The position numbers and the translations under genes are program-made. A DNA stretch of 64,000 nt from Candidatus Fervidifonticultor secundus. GTDB taxonomy: Bacteria; Sysuimicrobiota; Sysuimicrobiia; Sysuimicrobiales; Humicultoraceae. Positions 9,826 through 19,708 of this stretch are shown one piece after another. The first letter of the stretch is position 1; each line of letters begins with the position of its first letter. The stretch lies in NCBI GenBank assembly GCA_031459385.1, contig JAVKIP010000005.1, positions 64,001-128,000 of the forward strand. The letters run 5' to 3'. The notes under the pieces were generated by a model, which saw only the letters and a program-made list of their open reading frames with translations, had not been told where the DNA came from and did no database searches.

Positions 9826-11382
9826 GTGGCCCACGCACACGCCAATGAGACTGCCGACAGCGGCGTCGACCGTCTGAGCGAGCTCGTGCGGCGCGGGGCG
9901 CTGTGGACCCTCCTCTACCAGATCTACACATGGGGCGTGGGGTTCGGCAGCCGCATCGTGCTGGCCCGGCTGCTGGCGCCGCACGACTTCGGCCTGGTGG
10001 CCCTCGTCACCCTGGTGCAGGGAGCCGTGCTGCTGTTCGGCCTGCGCGGCGTCTCTGCGGCGCTCATCCAGCGGCCCGACGACCTGGACGAACACGCCAA
10101 CGCCAGCTTCTGGCTGAATCCCCTGATCGGTGGCGCCATCGGCGTGCTGGTGGTGGTCATGGCGCCGCAGGTGGCGCAGGCGTTTGCCGAACCCCTCCTC
10201 GCCCCGCTGCTCCAGGTGGCGGCACTGAGCTTCTTCATCGTCCCGTGGGGCGCCACCCATGCGGCGCTCCTGGCGAAAACCCTCGACGTGCCGCGGATCA
10301 CGATGGCGCAGGCGCTCCTGGGCACGGCGACCAGCGCCGGCATGGTGGGCATGGCGCTCCTGGGCTACGGTGCCTGGAGCTTCATCGTGCCGGGCGTACT
10401 GGCCGACCCGTTCCGGGTCTACCTGCACTGGCGGTTGTGCTCGTGGCGCCCCCGCCTGGCCGTGACGCTTTGCCGGTGGCGCGAGCTCGTGAGGTACGCG
10501 CGGCACATCTGGGCAGCCGACGCGCTGCGTTACTGCGTGGACAACACCGACTACCTGCTGGTGGGCCGGCTGCTCGGCGCCAGCTCCCTGGGGCTGTACT
10601 CCTTCGCCTTCAGGCAGTCGATGTTCGCCGTGCACAACGCCACGCCCATCGCGGCCAGGATTGCCTTTCCGACGTTTGCCCTGCTGCAGACCCGGCAGGA
10701 GCTGCTGCGGCGCCACGCGGCCAGGAGCCTGCTGCTGCTGATGAGCGTCACGCTCCCGCTGCAGCTGGGGCAACTGGCCCTGGCCCCGGAGTACATCGCG
10801 GTCGTCTACAGCGCCAAGTGGCTGCCGGCCGTCGGCGCCTTCCGGGTGCTGCTCCTCTACGGTATCTCGGTGGCCGCCGCGATGCTGGTGCGCCAGGTGC
10901 TGACCGCGGTCGGGCACCCCCAGGTGGTGTGGAAGTTCCATGCGCTGGTCTGGCCCGCCCTCGGCGCCGGCGCGCTGGTCGGGGTACGGGCCGGCATCGC
11001 CGGGGTCGCGCTGGCCGTGGGCGTGAGCCTGGGGCTGGGCTCCTGGCTCTTCATCTTCTACGGGCTGCGCCTGCTGCGGTGGCCGGCCGGGGACCTGCTC
11101 GCCCCGCTGGTCGCGCCTGCCGTCGCCTCCGCCGCCATGTACGCCACGGTCGCGCTGCTGCGGCACCTCCTGCTGGCCGCAGGCGCCTCGCCGGCCACCG
11201 TGCTGGCGGTGTGCATTCCGGCCGGTGCCGCCGTGTACGCCCTGACCCTGGCCTGGCGCTTCCCGCAGGCCTGGGCCGACGTGACGGGCTTCGCGGCACG
11301 CTCCGTGGCCGAGTTCCGCAGGGACGCCGGCGAGGCGATGCGGTACCTCCGGCGCAGGCTCTCCCTCGGGGCTGCCGCGTGA
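9826..11382 (+). CDS. Wzx/PST-family (MOP superfamily) polysaccharide flippase
   Basis: IVLARLLAPHDFGLVAL, ALIQR, DYLLVGRLLGASSLGLYSFA, FPTFA; many TM segments. Confidence 0.9.
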   Translation: MAHAHANETADSGVDRLSELVRRGALWTLLYQIYTWGVGFGSRIVLARLLAPHDFGLVALVTLVQGAVLLFGLRGVSAALIQRPDDLDEHANASFWLNPLIGGAIGVLVVVMAPQVAQAFAEPLLAPLLQVAALSFFIVPWGATHAALLAKTLDVPRITMAQALLGTATSAGMVGMALLGYGAWSFIVPGVLADPFRVYLHWRLCSWRPRLAVTLCRWRELVRYARHIWAADALRYCVDNTDYLLVGRLLGASSLGLYSFAFRQSMFAVHNATPIAARIAFPTFALLQTRQELLRRHAARSLLLLMSVTLPLQLGQLALAPEYIAVVYSAKWLPAVGAFRVLLLYGISVAAAMLVRQVLTAVGHPQVVWKFHALVWPALGAGALVGVRAGIAGVALAVGVSLGLGSWLFIFYGLRLLRWPAGDLLAPLVAPAVASAAMYATVALLRHLLLAAGASPATVLAVCIPAGAAVYALTLAWRFPQAWADVTGFAARSVAEFRRDAGEAMRYLRRRLSLGAAA

Positions 11383-12200
11383 TGCCGTCGACCCGCGCCG
11401 CCGCTGCCGACGCTCGCCAGTCCGTCGAGGCGGTACCCGCGCCCCCGCGCACCGCGTGGTCCGTGGGCTACTGGCTCTGGCTCGCGTACCGGGTCTCCGC
11501 CGTCTGCGTGCCGGCGTGCGCGCGCCTGGGCGTGCACCCCAACCAGGTCACGGCGGTGGCGTTCCTCGCGGGCCTGACCGGCACGGCGCTGCTGGCGAGC
11601 GGCACCGCCGCGGGCGCCCTGGGCGGCGCGCTGCTGGTGAACCTCTACTATCTGCTGGATGCGCTCGACGGCGATCTCGCGCGCGCGACGCACCGCACCT
11701 CGGTGTACGGCAGCTACCTCGACGACCTGAACGGCCATCTGATGCCGGCGCTGCTGTTCGTCGCGCTCGGAGTCCACGTCTACCGGGCCGTCGAGGCGCC
11801 CCTGTGGGCCGTCGGGCCCGACGACGGGCGCACGGCGTTCCTGATCCTCGGCGGCGCCGGCGCGCTGGCTGCGGCCCAGCGCGCGCTGGGGGAGATGCGG
11901 ATGCGGGAAGGCGTGCGGAAGCTCGTGCGTCGCGGCCCGCCTGCGCGTCTCCTGACCGCCTCGCCGACGCCGTTCGCCGGCGCGCTGGGCCAAAGCGAGG
12001 CGTTCCTGCGCCACGTGGTCGGCAGTCACCTCATCGGGATGGACGGCAGCTTCCTTCCAGCGCTCGTGGTGGCAGCGCTGTGGAGGCGGGTGGACCTCCT
12101 GCTCATCGTCACGGCGCCCCTCTCGCTCCTGAGCCTCCTCTGGTACCTGGCCCGCACCACGGTGGCGCTCCAACGGGCAGACCGGCGCGAGGACCCCTAA
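11382..12200 (+). CDS. CDP-alcohol phosphatidyltransferase family protein
   Basis: HPNQVT and DALDGDLAR...YGSYLD signature; ATG overlaps the flippase stop. Confidence 0.88.
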   Translation: MPSTRAAAADARQSVEAVPAPPRTAWSVGYWLWLAYRVSAVCVPACARLGVHPNQVTAVAFLAGLTGTALLASGTAAGALGGALLVNLYYLLDALDGDLARATHRTSVYGSYLDDLNGHLMPALLFVALGVHVYRAVEAPLWAVGPDDGRTAFLILGGAGALAAAQRALGEMRMREGVRKLVRRGPPARLLTASPTPFAGALGQSEAFLRHVVGSHLIGMDGSFLPALVVAALWRRVDLLLIVTAPLSLLSLLWYLARTTVALQRADRREDP

Positions 12201-12955
12201 TGCGGGCCATCGTGCTGGCGGCAGGACGCGGCACCCGACTGCACCCGGTCTGGGCGCACCCCAAGTGCCTGCTACCGGTCGCGGGCCGACCGCTGCTGGC
12301 GCGCTACATCGACGCGCTGCAGCGGCTGGGGGTGGACGAACTGGTGGTCGTCACCGGCTTCGAGCACGAGCGCGTGGCCGCTCTGGCAGCTGCGACGACG
12401 TCTGCGGCGTTCCCGGTCCGGACCATCTTCAATCCCTGCACGGGGGGCAGCGTGTGCTCGCTGGACGCCGCCCGGACCTGCATGACCGGCGAGGTCCTGC
12501 TCATGGACGGAGACGTCTTTTGCGAGGACGAGGTCCTCGCGCGGGCATGCGACGGGCGGGGGGAAGCCCTGGTCGTCGACCCGTCCCGGCCGTACGACAG
12601 CGAGAAGTACCGGGCCGCAATGGCCGGGGGGCAGGCGGTCGGCATGGCGCGGGGGCTCCGGGGCGCGCCCGCGGCGGAATGGGTGGGGTTCGCCCGCCTC
12701 GCCCCGCCTCGCACCGCGCGGCTCGCGGCGCTGGCGCGCGACCGGGTGCGCCGGGGTGATGTCACCGCCGCCTACGAGGACCTGCTCAGCGCCACGATCG
12801 CGGAGGCGCCGATGCCATGGGTCTCGGTCGCAGGGCTGCGGTGGGCGGAGATCGACACGCCCGGTGACTACGTCCACGCAGAGGCGCTGGCGCGGCAGGT
12901 GGCCGGCCTGAGGCGACCCCGCCGGCTCCTGGCGCGCGCGAAGCGCCGACCATGA
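12200..12955 (+). CDS. LicC/IPCT-like cytidylyltransferase (NTP transferase)
   Basis: AIVLAAGRGTRL, PKCLL, DGDV, YED, WAEIDTPGD; TAATG coupling to the upstream gene. Confidence 0.88.
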   Translation: MRAIVLAAGRGTRLHPVWAHPKCLLPVAGRPLLARYIDALQRLGVDELVVVTGFEHERVAALAAATTSAAFPVRTIFNPCTGGSVCSLDAARTCMTGEVLLMDGDVFCEDEVLARACDGRGEALVVDPSRPYDSEKYRAAMAGGQAVGMARGLRGAPAAEWVGFARLAPPRTARLAALARDRVRRGDVTAAYEDLLSATIAEAPMPWVSVAGLRWAEIDTPGDYVHAEALARQVAGLRRPRRLLARAKRRP

Positions 12956-14565
12956 GCGCCGCGCGACGTCCGGGCGATGCGGCACGTCGGCTCATCTGGT
13001 CTGTCCGGGCCGGCGTGCGGGTCGGCCGGTTGCTGCGCCAGCCGGCGGTGAGCGCCGACGGGGTCGAAGACCGCCTGCGCGACGGCGTGGCCCGACGGGC
13101 CGAGCACTTCCTCGCCTGCGCCGAACGGCTCATCTTCGCCCACCCCCACAGCCCCTATCGGCCACTGCTCGAGGTGGCGGGCTACGACCTCCCGGCACTG
13201 ACCCGGCTCGTACGTACCCAGGGGCTCGACGCCGCGCTCGACCAGCTCCGGGCCGACGGTGTCTACGTCACGATCCAGGAGTTCAAGGGAATCGCGCCTG
13301 CGATCCGTCGCGGGCAGACCTTTCGCTTCCACCCGCGGGATTTCGCCAACCCCTCCGTCGTCGGGGCGCTCCAGACGACGAGCAGCGGATCTCGCGGCCA
13401 GCGGACCCCGAGTGCGATCTCGACCGACGAGCTGGCGGGCCGCGCCCGCCTCAAACGGTGGCTCGAAGCACACTACGGGCTGGCCGGGCGCGACACGCTC
13501 CTGTGGCGCAGCACCGGGACGGGCCTGAACTGGACGCTCGCCGCCACCCTGGCAGGCCAGCGCCCGATCCGGTGGTGTTCGCAGGTCCGGGACGCCGGGC
13601 TGAGCATCCGGATCCTCCAGGCGGTCGCGCGGGCGACCAGCCGCGTGCCGCTGCCGCGCATGGAGTTCCTGCCGGCGGAGCGGGCCGTGGACCTGGCCCG
13701 CTACATTGGACGGGTCAACACGCCCCGCGGCATGGTCGTGGAGACCTTCGTCAGTTCCGCGCTGCGGCTCGTCCTGGCCGCCGAAGAAGCCGTCATCGCC
13801 ATGGGCGACGTCGTCTTCATCGTCGGCGGCGAGCCGCTCACGCCGGTGAAGCGGCGGGAGATCGAGGCGCGGGGGTTCCGCGCTATCTCCCGCTTCGCGT
13901 TCGCCGAGTTCGGCGACTGTGCCTGGGCCTGCCCGGCCGGCAGGGAGGCAGACGATCTCCACGTCCTGACCGACCGCGTGGCCGTGCGGCAGCACGTGCG
14001 GTCGGTGGCGCCGGACGGCGCCCGGGTCGCCGCGTTCCTGTTCACCAGCCTGCTCCCACACGCCCGCAACGTCCTGCTCAACGTCGAGACGGGCGACAGC
14101 GGCGGCCTGGAGGAACGGTCGTGCGGCTGCTTCCTCGAGCGCGCCGGGCTGCGGCTCCACATGCACACTATCCGCAGCTTCGAGAAGCTCACCGCCGAGG
14201 GCATCACCTACCTCGGCCCCGACCTCGTCGACCTGCTGGACGAGCACCTGCCCCGTCTGTTCGGCGGCGACAGCCGTCACTACCAGCTCGTCGAGGGGGA
14301 GGACCGCAGAGGCTTCACCCGTCTCTTCCTGCTGGTCAGCCCTGCGCTGGGCGCGCTGGACGAGGAGGCCCTCAGGCGCACGGTGCTGACCGAGATGGCC
14401 CGCCGCCACCTGGTGCGGGCCTACGGGCGCGTCGTCGAGCGCGTCTGGGAGGACGCCGGGACGCTCCGGGTGCTCCGGCGCGATCCCCTGCCCACGGTCT
14501 CGGGGAAGATCCTGCCCATGCACCGACACCCGGGCAGGCTCGAGGAGGACGGTGAGGGCCCGTGA
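12952..14565 (+). CDS. Divergent ANL-superfamily (PaaK/CapK-like) adenylating enzyme, copy 2
   Basis: TSSGSRG, GGEP, ETGD, CGC, TVSGK; full-length paralogue of 8220..9824. Confidence 0.7.
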   Translation: MSAARRPGDAARRLIWSVRAGVRVGRLLRQPAVSADGVEDRLRDGVARRAEHFLACAERLIFAHPHSPYRPLLEVAGYDLPALTRLVRTQGLDAALDQLRADGVYVTIQEFKGIAPAIRRGQTFRFHPRDFANPSVVGALQTTSSGSRGQRTPSAISTDELAGRARLKRWLEAHYGLAGRDTLLWRSTGTGLNWTLAATLAGQRPIRWCSQVRDAGLSIRILQAVARATSRVPLPRMEFLPAERAVDLARYIGRVNTPRGMVVETFVSSALRLVLAAEEAVIAMGDVVFIVGGEPLTPVKRREIEARGFRAISRFAFAEFGDCAWACPAGREADDLHVLTDRVAVRQHVRSVAPDGARVAAFLFTSLLPHARNVLLNVETGDSGGLEERSCGCFLERAGLRLHMHTIRSFEKLTAEGITYLGPDLVDLLDEHLPRLFGGDSRHYQLVEGEDRRGFTRLFLLVSPALGALDEEALRRTVLTEMARRHLVRAYGRVVERVWEDAGTLRVLRRDPLPTVSGKILPMHRHPGRLEEDGEGP

Positions 14566-14678
14566 CCCCGTCCTCGGCCAGCGGATCTGCCGTGGGGACC
14601 GCAGACGCGCGAACCATGGCCGGGCGCTTGCCCGGTCGCACGCAGGCCTGGTGGCGTCACCGCGGGATGCGCCTGGGG

Positions 14679-15540
14679 TCAGCGCTTCACGAGGGCGGCG
14701 TACTCCAGTTCGCCGTAGACCGGCTTCCCGCCCACGATCGTCAGCACCGACCGGAGGTCTCTGATCCGGTCGACCGGGGCCGTCAGGTAGTCCGCGGTGA
14801 GCACGATCATGTCGGCGAGCTTCCCGGGCTCGATGGAGCCCAGCTTGTGGTCCGGCCACGTCAGGCCACCGCCGGCCGTGTCACCCACCGTGGTGAGGCC
14901 CAGACGGTTCAGCTCACGGAAGAAGCTCGCGGTGCTCTCCAGTTCCTGCTCGAAGGTCGGCTGCGGCAGCTTCAGCCACCAGTTGAGGATCCCGAAGAAA
15001 CCCAGCACCCCGATCGGCCTGCCGCTCGGATCGCGGAGCACGCGGCCCAGCGGCGGATCCGGCACGTCGGTCGTGATCCCCAGCGCCCTGAGCCCTGCGG
15101 TATTGAGAATCGCCCGCTCGTAGAGCCACTGGAACCAGACCGGGTGGTCGGGCGCGATCTAATCCAGTTCCTCGACGGTCGGCATCCGCCGCTCGCCGGT
15201 GAACTGCGTCTCGTGCCAGCCGCCCACGACCCGGATCCACGTCCCGGGCGGCGTCCGACGGGCCGCGTCCGCGATCATTCGGAGCCCGTCGGCCAGGGAT
15301 TGGACGTTCACCCAGTTCAGTTCCTGATTCCACGTGCGAGCCGCCCGGATAGCGTGGATGTGCGAGTCGATGAGCCGCGGCACCACGGTGCGCCCTTTGA
15401 GATCGACGACCCGCGTGCCGGCACCGGCCAGCCGACCGATCTCCTGATCGCTCCCGACGGCCAGGATCCGGCCACCCCCGATGTTCACCGCCTGGCGGAT
15501 CGAGAAGGCTCTATCCATCGTGACGACCTTGCCGCTTCTT
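14679..15540 (-). pseudogene. Amidohydrolase_3 (YtcJ-like) pseudogene
   Basis: One frame: SGKVVTMD...VDLKGRTVVPRLIDSHIH..., in-frame TAG at 15159-15161, then TWPD joined directly to the terminal GSIEPGKLADMIVL motif, so the barrel core is missing. Confidence 0.8.
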
Positions 15541-15644
15541 TCTGCCCTTGCTCTCCGGGCGGGCTGGTGTACGCCACGAACACGCCGCCAGTCTTCGTCT
15601 TCCCTGCGTCGCCCTCCCTGTGGACGGCCGGCGTCGCCTGTGGA

Positions 15645-16361
15645 TCACCCGCGCGGCGGCGGCGCGGCGTCCTCGGGCGGACAGGGCGCGTTGCTGTACC
15701 CCGACCGGAAGGGCGCCACGGTGCCGGCCGCCGGGTCGAACCGGTGCCGCCACACGCAGGCCGTGTCGTTGGCGAGCAGGTGGATGGAGATCGACGGGCG
15801 ATCCGACAGGGTCGCGACGTAGTGAATGTCGTCGCGAGGCGGCACGATGGCGTAGAACTCGCCGGTGCTCACCACGATCCGGCGTGAGATCTCCAGCACC
15901 GCCCGGCCCTTAACGTTCCCGTTGTCCAGCCGTCGGTAGAAGGTCTCCTCCTGCTGGCCCCGGTAGACGCCGACCAGGCCCCACGCCAGGTGATCGTGGA
16001 CCGGCGTCGCGGCGCCGGGCGAAACGACCAGGGCGAACAGGCACAAGGACCCGTGCAGCGCGCGGTAGAGCGCGTCCTGGCCGATGCCGCCACCCATGCG
16101 GCTATGCGCATCGGGCTGCGCGCAGAACGCGGGCAGCCACCCCTCCGCTGCCAGCAGCCGGGCAAACGCCGGCCGCAGGGCATCGACGCGCGCCGCGTCA
16201 TCTCCGATCGATTGCCGGAGCCGCCGCCCGGCCTCCGCGATGAGCGCGCGGACCTCCGGCGCATCGACGATGAACCCGTAGTGCGAGCTTCCGTGCGCGT
16301 GCGGCTGTCCCAAGTCGCACATCGCCAGCCTCCCTGTCTCCGGAACACCGTGCCGGCTCAC
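15645..16361 (-). CDS. Cysteine dioxygenase-like cupin (thiol dioxygenase family)
   Basis: TPVHDHLAWG, DDIHYV, SISIH 3-His cupin motifs. Start uncertain. Confidence 0.8.
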   Translation of the reverse strand: MSRHGVPETGRLAMCDLGQPHAHGSSHYGFIVDAPEVRALIAEAGRRLRQSIGDDAARVDALRPAFARLLAAEGWLPAFCAQPDAHSRMGGGIGQDALYRALHGSLCLFALVVSPGAATPVHDHLAWGLVGVYRGQQEETFYRRLDNGNVKGRAVLEISRRIVVSTGEFYAIVPPRDDIHYVATLSDRPSISIHLLANDTACVWRHRFDPAAGTVAPFRSGYSNAPCPPEDAAPPPRG

Positions 16362-16423
16362 CGCGTGTCCGCACCACGATGTTCCAGCGAGTTCTCAGCG
16401 GCATGCCGGGGGGAGGCCGGGCC

Positions 16424-17447
16424 TCACCGCCCCGGGAGGATCAGCCGCACCGCCCGCTCGTAGAACACGTAGTCCCACGCCCAGTTGATGAGGACCAGGA
16501 GCCGGTTGCGAAAGCCGATGAGGTCGACGATGTGCACGCCGAGCCAGAGCACCCACGCGGCGAATCCCGTGAACGTCCGCCCCCAGACGTGGGCCACGGC
16601 CGCGTTCCTGCCGATCGTCACCAGCGTCCCGGGATCCCGGTAGCGGAAAGGACGCGGCGCAGCGCCCCCGACCTGCAGCAGGACGTTCTGTCCCGCGGCC
16701 CTCCCCTGCTTGATGGCCACCGGCGCCACCATCGGCAACGGTCGGCCCCCATCCTGGACCCCTGCCAGGTCGCCGACCACGTAGACCTCCGGCCGGCCCG
16801 GAACCTGCAGCGTGGGCAGCACGTCCACCCGGCCGGCCCGGGTCACCGGCAGCCCCCACGTCCATCTCCAGCTCGGGGAAGTCCCGGGCCAGCGGGCCGC
16901 GCACCAGCTCCGCCAGCGCGCCGGCGAACTCCACGCCGGTGGGGCCGCCGCCGACGATCGCGAAGGTGAGCAGCCGCTGCCGGTTCGCGCGGTCTGCCTC
17001 GCACGTGGCCCGCTCGAAGCACGCCAGGACGTGGTTGCGCAGGCGGACGGCCTCCTCCAGGGTCTTGAGCGGGAACGCGTGCGCCGCGGCTCCTGGCAGT
17101 CCGAAGAAGTGCGACTCGCTGCCGGCAGCGACGATCAGGACGTCGTACGGCACCGTCCGGTTGGTGGTGCGCACCGTGCGGGCCTCCAGGTCGATCTGCT
17201 CCACTGCGCCCATCTCGAAGCGGGTGTGCGGCCACCCGCGCAGCACGCTCCGGACCGGATACGCGATCGCCTCCGGCTCGAGCTCGGCCGCCGCGACCTG
17301 GTAGAGCAGGGGCAGGAACGTATGGTAGTTCTGCCGGTCGATGAGCGTCACGCGCACCGGCGCCCGCGCCAGCGTCCGCGCAGCCCACAGGCCTCCAAAG
17401 CCTGCGCCCACGATCACCACATGGGGGTACGCAGTGGGGCGTGCCAC
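16424..17447 (-). pseudogene. ndh: Type II NADH dehydrogenase pseudogene (internal deletion plus frameshift)
   Basis: [18 protein letters not shown] and [11 protein letters not shown] in one frame; [16 protein letters not shown] and LIGFRNR in another. Junction near 16857; the VEA...WAAGV segment is absent. Confidence 0.85.
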
Positions 17448-17598
17448 GGGCTGGCTCGTTCGTGGAGCGCGGAGGGGACTCCTGTGCGCGGCGCCGCCTG
17501 TGGTATGTGCGTTCGCGCGGCGTGGGCTGCGGCATCGGACGGGCTGCAGTGGAGGAAGGCGAAAGCCGCGCGCCGAAGCGCGCCGGGACCACGCCAGG

Positions 17599-17704
17599 GG
17601 CGGAGCGCTGCTCGCACGTTGCCTGAGGTGGAGCGCCGTCCGCACGTTGCCTGAGGCGGAGCGCTGCGGCACGTTGCCTGCGGCTGAGCGCTGCCCGCAC
17701 GTTG
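17599..17704. repeat. Tandem repeat, ~28 bp x ~3.8
   Basis: Consensus GGCGGAGCGCTGCNCGCACGTTGCCTGA; invariant GCACGTTG at 17614, 17642, 17669, 17697. Confidence 0.9.
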
Positions 17705-17718
17705 GGAGGGCCGGCAGC

Positions 17719-19692
17719 ATGGTACAGACGGCGGACGTGGGGCGCTATCGCCTGCTCACGGGCCGCCCGCGCCGGGTCCAGCAGCTCCTGCTGGTGTTGC
17801 TCCCCGTGGCCGGCATCCTGCAGGCCGTCAATGCGCCCGCCGCCCTGGGCATCGCGATCTTCCGCGAGCAGTACCTGGGGCTCTTCATGGGGCTCGCGCT
17901 GCCTGTCACCTTCCTGAGCGTCCCGGCCACCGCCCGCGCCTCACGCACGTCCGCTCCCTGGTACGACTGGCTCCTGGCCGTAGCCGGGGCGGCGGCGGGT
18001 GGCTACGTGGCCGTGTTCTTTCCGGCCATCGCCCACGCCCTGGCGGTGCTCACGCCGGACAAGTGGGGGCTGGGGGCCGTGGCGGTCGTGCTCTTCCTGG
18101 AGGCGGCGCGCCGCGTGGCCGGGCGCGCCGTGGCCGGCCTGGTGCTGGCGTTCATCCTCTACGCGAAGTTCGCCTGGCTGTTCCCCGGCCTGCTGCAGGG
18201 CCCGCGGGTCGGCTGGGAGCGCCTGGCCGTCTACCTCTACCTGGACAGCAGTGGCCTGATGGGGCTCCCGCTCTCGGTGGCGGGCACCGTGGTGCTGGCG
18301 TTCATCGTCTTCGGGCAGGTGCTCTACGCCACCGGCGCGGCTGAGTTCCTCGTGGAGTTCGCGCGCGCGACGATGGGCCGCTTCCGGGGCGGGCCGGCGA
18401 AGATGTCCATCGTCTCGTCCAGCCTCTTCGGCACCATCTCCGGCAGCGCTGTCGCCAACGTGGCGGTCGATGGCCCGGTGACGATCCCGCTCATGAAGCG
18501 CGCCGGCTACCCGCCGCACCTGGCGGCGGCCATCGAGGCCGTGGCGTCCACGGGCGGACAGCTCATGCCCCCGGTCATGGGCGTCGCGGCCTTCATCATG
18601 GCCGAATTCCTCAACATGCCGTACGCGCAGGTCGCCGCCGCGGCGCTGCTGCCCGCAGCGCTCTACTACGTCTGCCTGTTCTTCCAGGTGGACTTCGAGG
18701 CGGCAAAGGCCGGCCTCCGCGGCCTCGCACGCGAGGACCTCCCGCGCACGCACGAGGTCCTGCGGCGGGGACTGGTGTTCGGGGTGGCCATCGCCGCCGT
18801 ACTGTACGGCCTCTACCTGGCGCGGTGGCGCGCGGAGAAGGCCGGCGTGGCCGCGGCGGCCCTCACCCTCGTGGCGGCAGTGCTCAGGCCGTCGACGCGC
18901 CCGGGCGGGCGGCAGCTGCTGCAGGCCCTGGAGGGCTCGGGCAAGGCGCTGCTGGACATCGCCGCTGTCACGGGCGTGGCGAGCTTCATGATCGCCGTCC
19001 TGAACTTCACCGGCCTGGGTTTCAAGCTGGCGCTGGTGCTGACGCGTATCGCAGGCGACAGCCTCGTCCTGCTGCTGGGCCTGACGGCGGCGGCGGCGAT
19101 GGTCCTGGGCATGGGGATGCCGACGGCGGCCGTGTACATCCTCCTGGCGGTGCTGGTGGCGCCGGCGCTGGTGCAGGCCGGCGTGCTGCCCCTGGCCGCG
19201 CACCTGTTCGTCTTCTACTTCGGCATGCTGTCCATGGTCACGCCGCCGGTCTGCCTGGCCACGTACACGGCCGCGTCGCTGGCCGGCGCCGACTTCTGGC
19301 GCGCGGGGTGGACCGGCATGCGTCTGGCCGGGGTCGCGTACGTGGTCCCCTTCCTCTTCGCGCTGTCGCCGGAACTGATCGGGCGTGGATCGGCCGGCGC
19401 CGTCACGGTCGCTGCCGCCACCGCCGTGACGGGCGCGGCCGTGCTGGCGGCGGCGCTCACCGGATACCTCCTGGGCCGCCTGGGCTGGGTCGAGCGCCTG
19501 CTGCTGGCCGTGGCGAGCCTGGGCCTCCTGACGCCCGCGAGCGGGCGCGGGCTGGCGTTCTCGTGGGGCGTCGAGGTCGCGGGCGCGGTCCTGGCCGCGG
19601 CCGTCCTGGTCGCACGCTGGTACCGGCAGCGCGCGTGGAGCCCGACGCCGCAGGCCGCAGCGGCGAGCCTCCGGGGCAGGGCGGTGAAGTAG
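17719..19692 (+). CDS. TRAP transporter fused 4TM/12TM permease (TAXI type)
   Basis: [45 protein letters not shown] motifs. Confidence 0.93.
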   Translation: MVQTADVGRYRLLTGRPRRVQQLLLVLLPVAGILQAVNAPAALGIAIFREQYLGLFMGLALPVTFLSVPATARASRTSAPWYDWLLAVAGAAAGGYVAVFFPAIAHALAVLTPDKWGLGAVAVVLFLEAARRVAGRAVAGLVLAFILYAKFAWLFPGLLQGPRVGWERLAVYLYLDSSGLMGLPLSVAGTVVLAFIVFGQVLYATGAAEFLVEFARATMGRFRGGPAKMSIVSSSLFGTISGSAVANVAVDGPVTIPLMKRAGYPPHLAAAIEAVASTGGQLMPPVMGVAAFIMAEFLNMPYAQVAAAALLPAALYYVCLFFQVDFEAAKAGLRGLAREDLPRTHEVLRRGLVFGVAIAAVLYGLYLARWRAEKAGVAAAALTLVAAVLRPSTRPGGRQLLQALEGSGKALLDIAAVTGVASFMIAVLNFTGLGFKLALVLTRIAGDSLVLLLGLTAAAAMVLGMGMPTAAVYILLAVLVAPALVQAGVLPLAAHLFVFYFGMLSMVTPPVCLATYTAASLAGADFWRAGWTGMRLAGVAYVVPFLFALSPELIGRGSAGAVTVAAATAVTGAAVLAAALTGYLLGRLGWVERLLLAVASLGLLTPASGRGLAFSWGVEVAGAVLAAAVLVARWYRQRAWSPTPQAAAASLRGRAVK

Positions 19693-19708
19693 GTACCCAC
19701 GTGCGCCC

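Noticed and set aside
15159..15161. In-frame TAG as pyrrolysine or read-through codon
   Set aside because: The same gene also lacks its catalytic core, so decay is the simpler explanation; no pyl genes were seen.
17599..17704. Possible mini-CRISPR array
   Set aside because: The units are contiguous with only a few variable bases, there are no spacer-length unique segments, and no cas genes are in the window.
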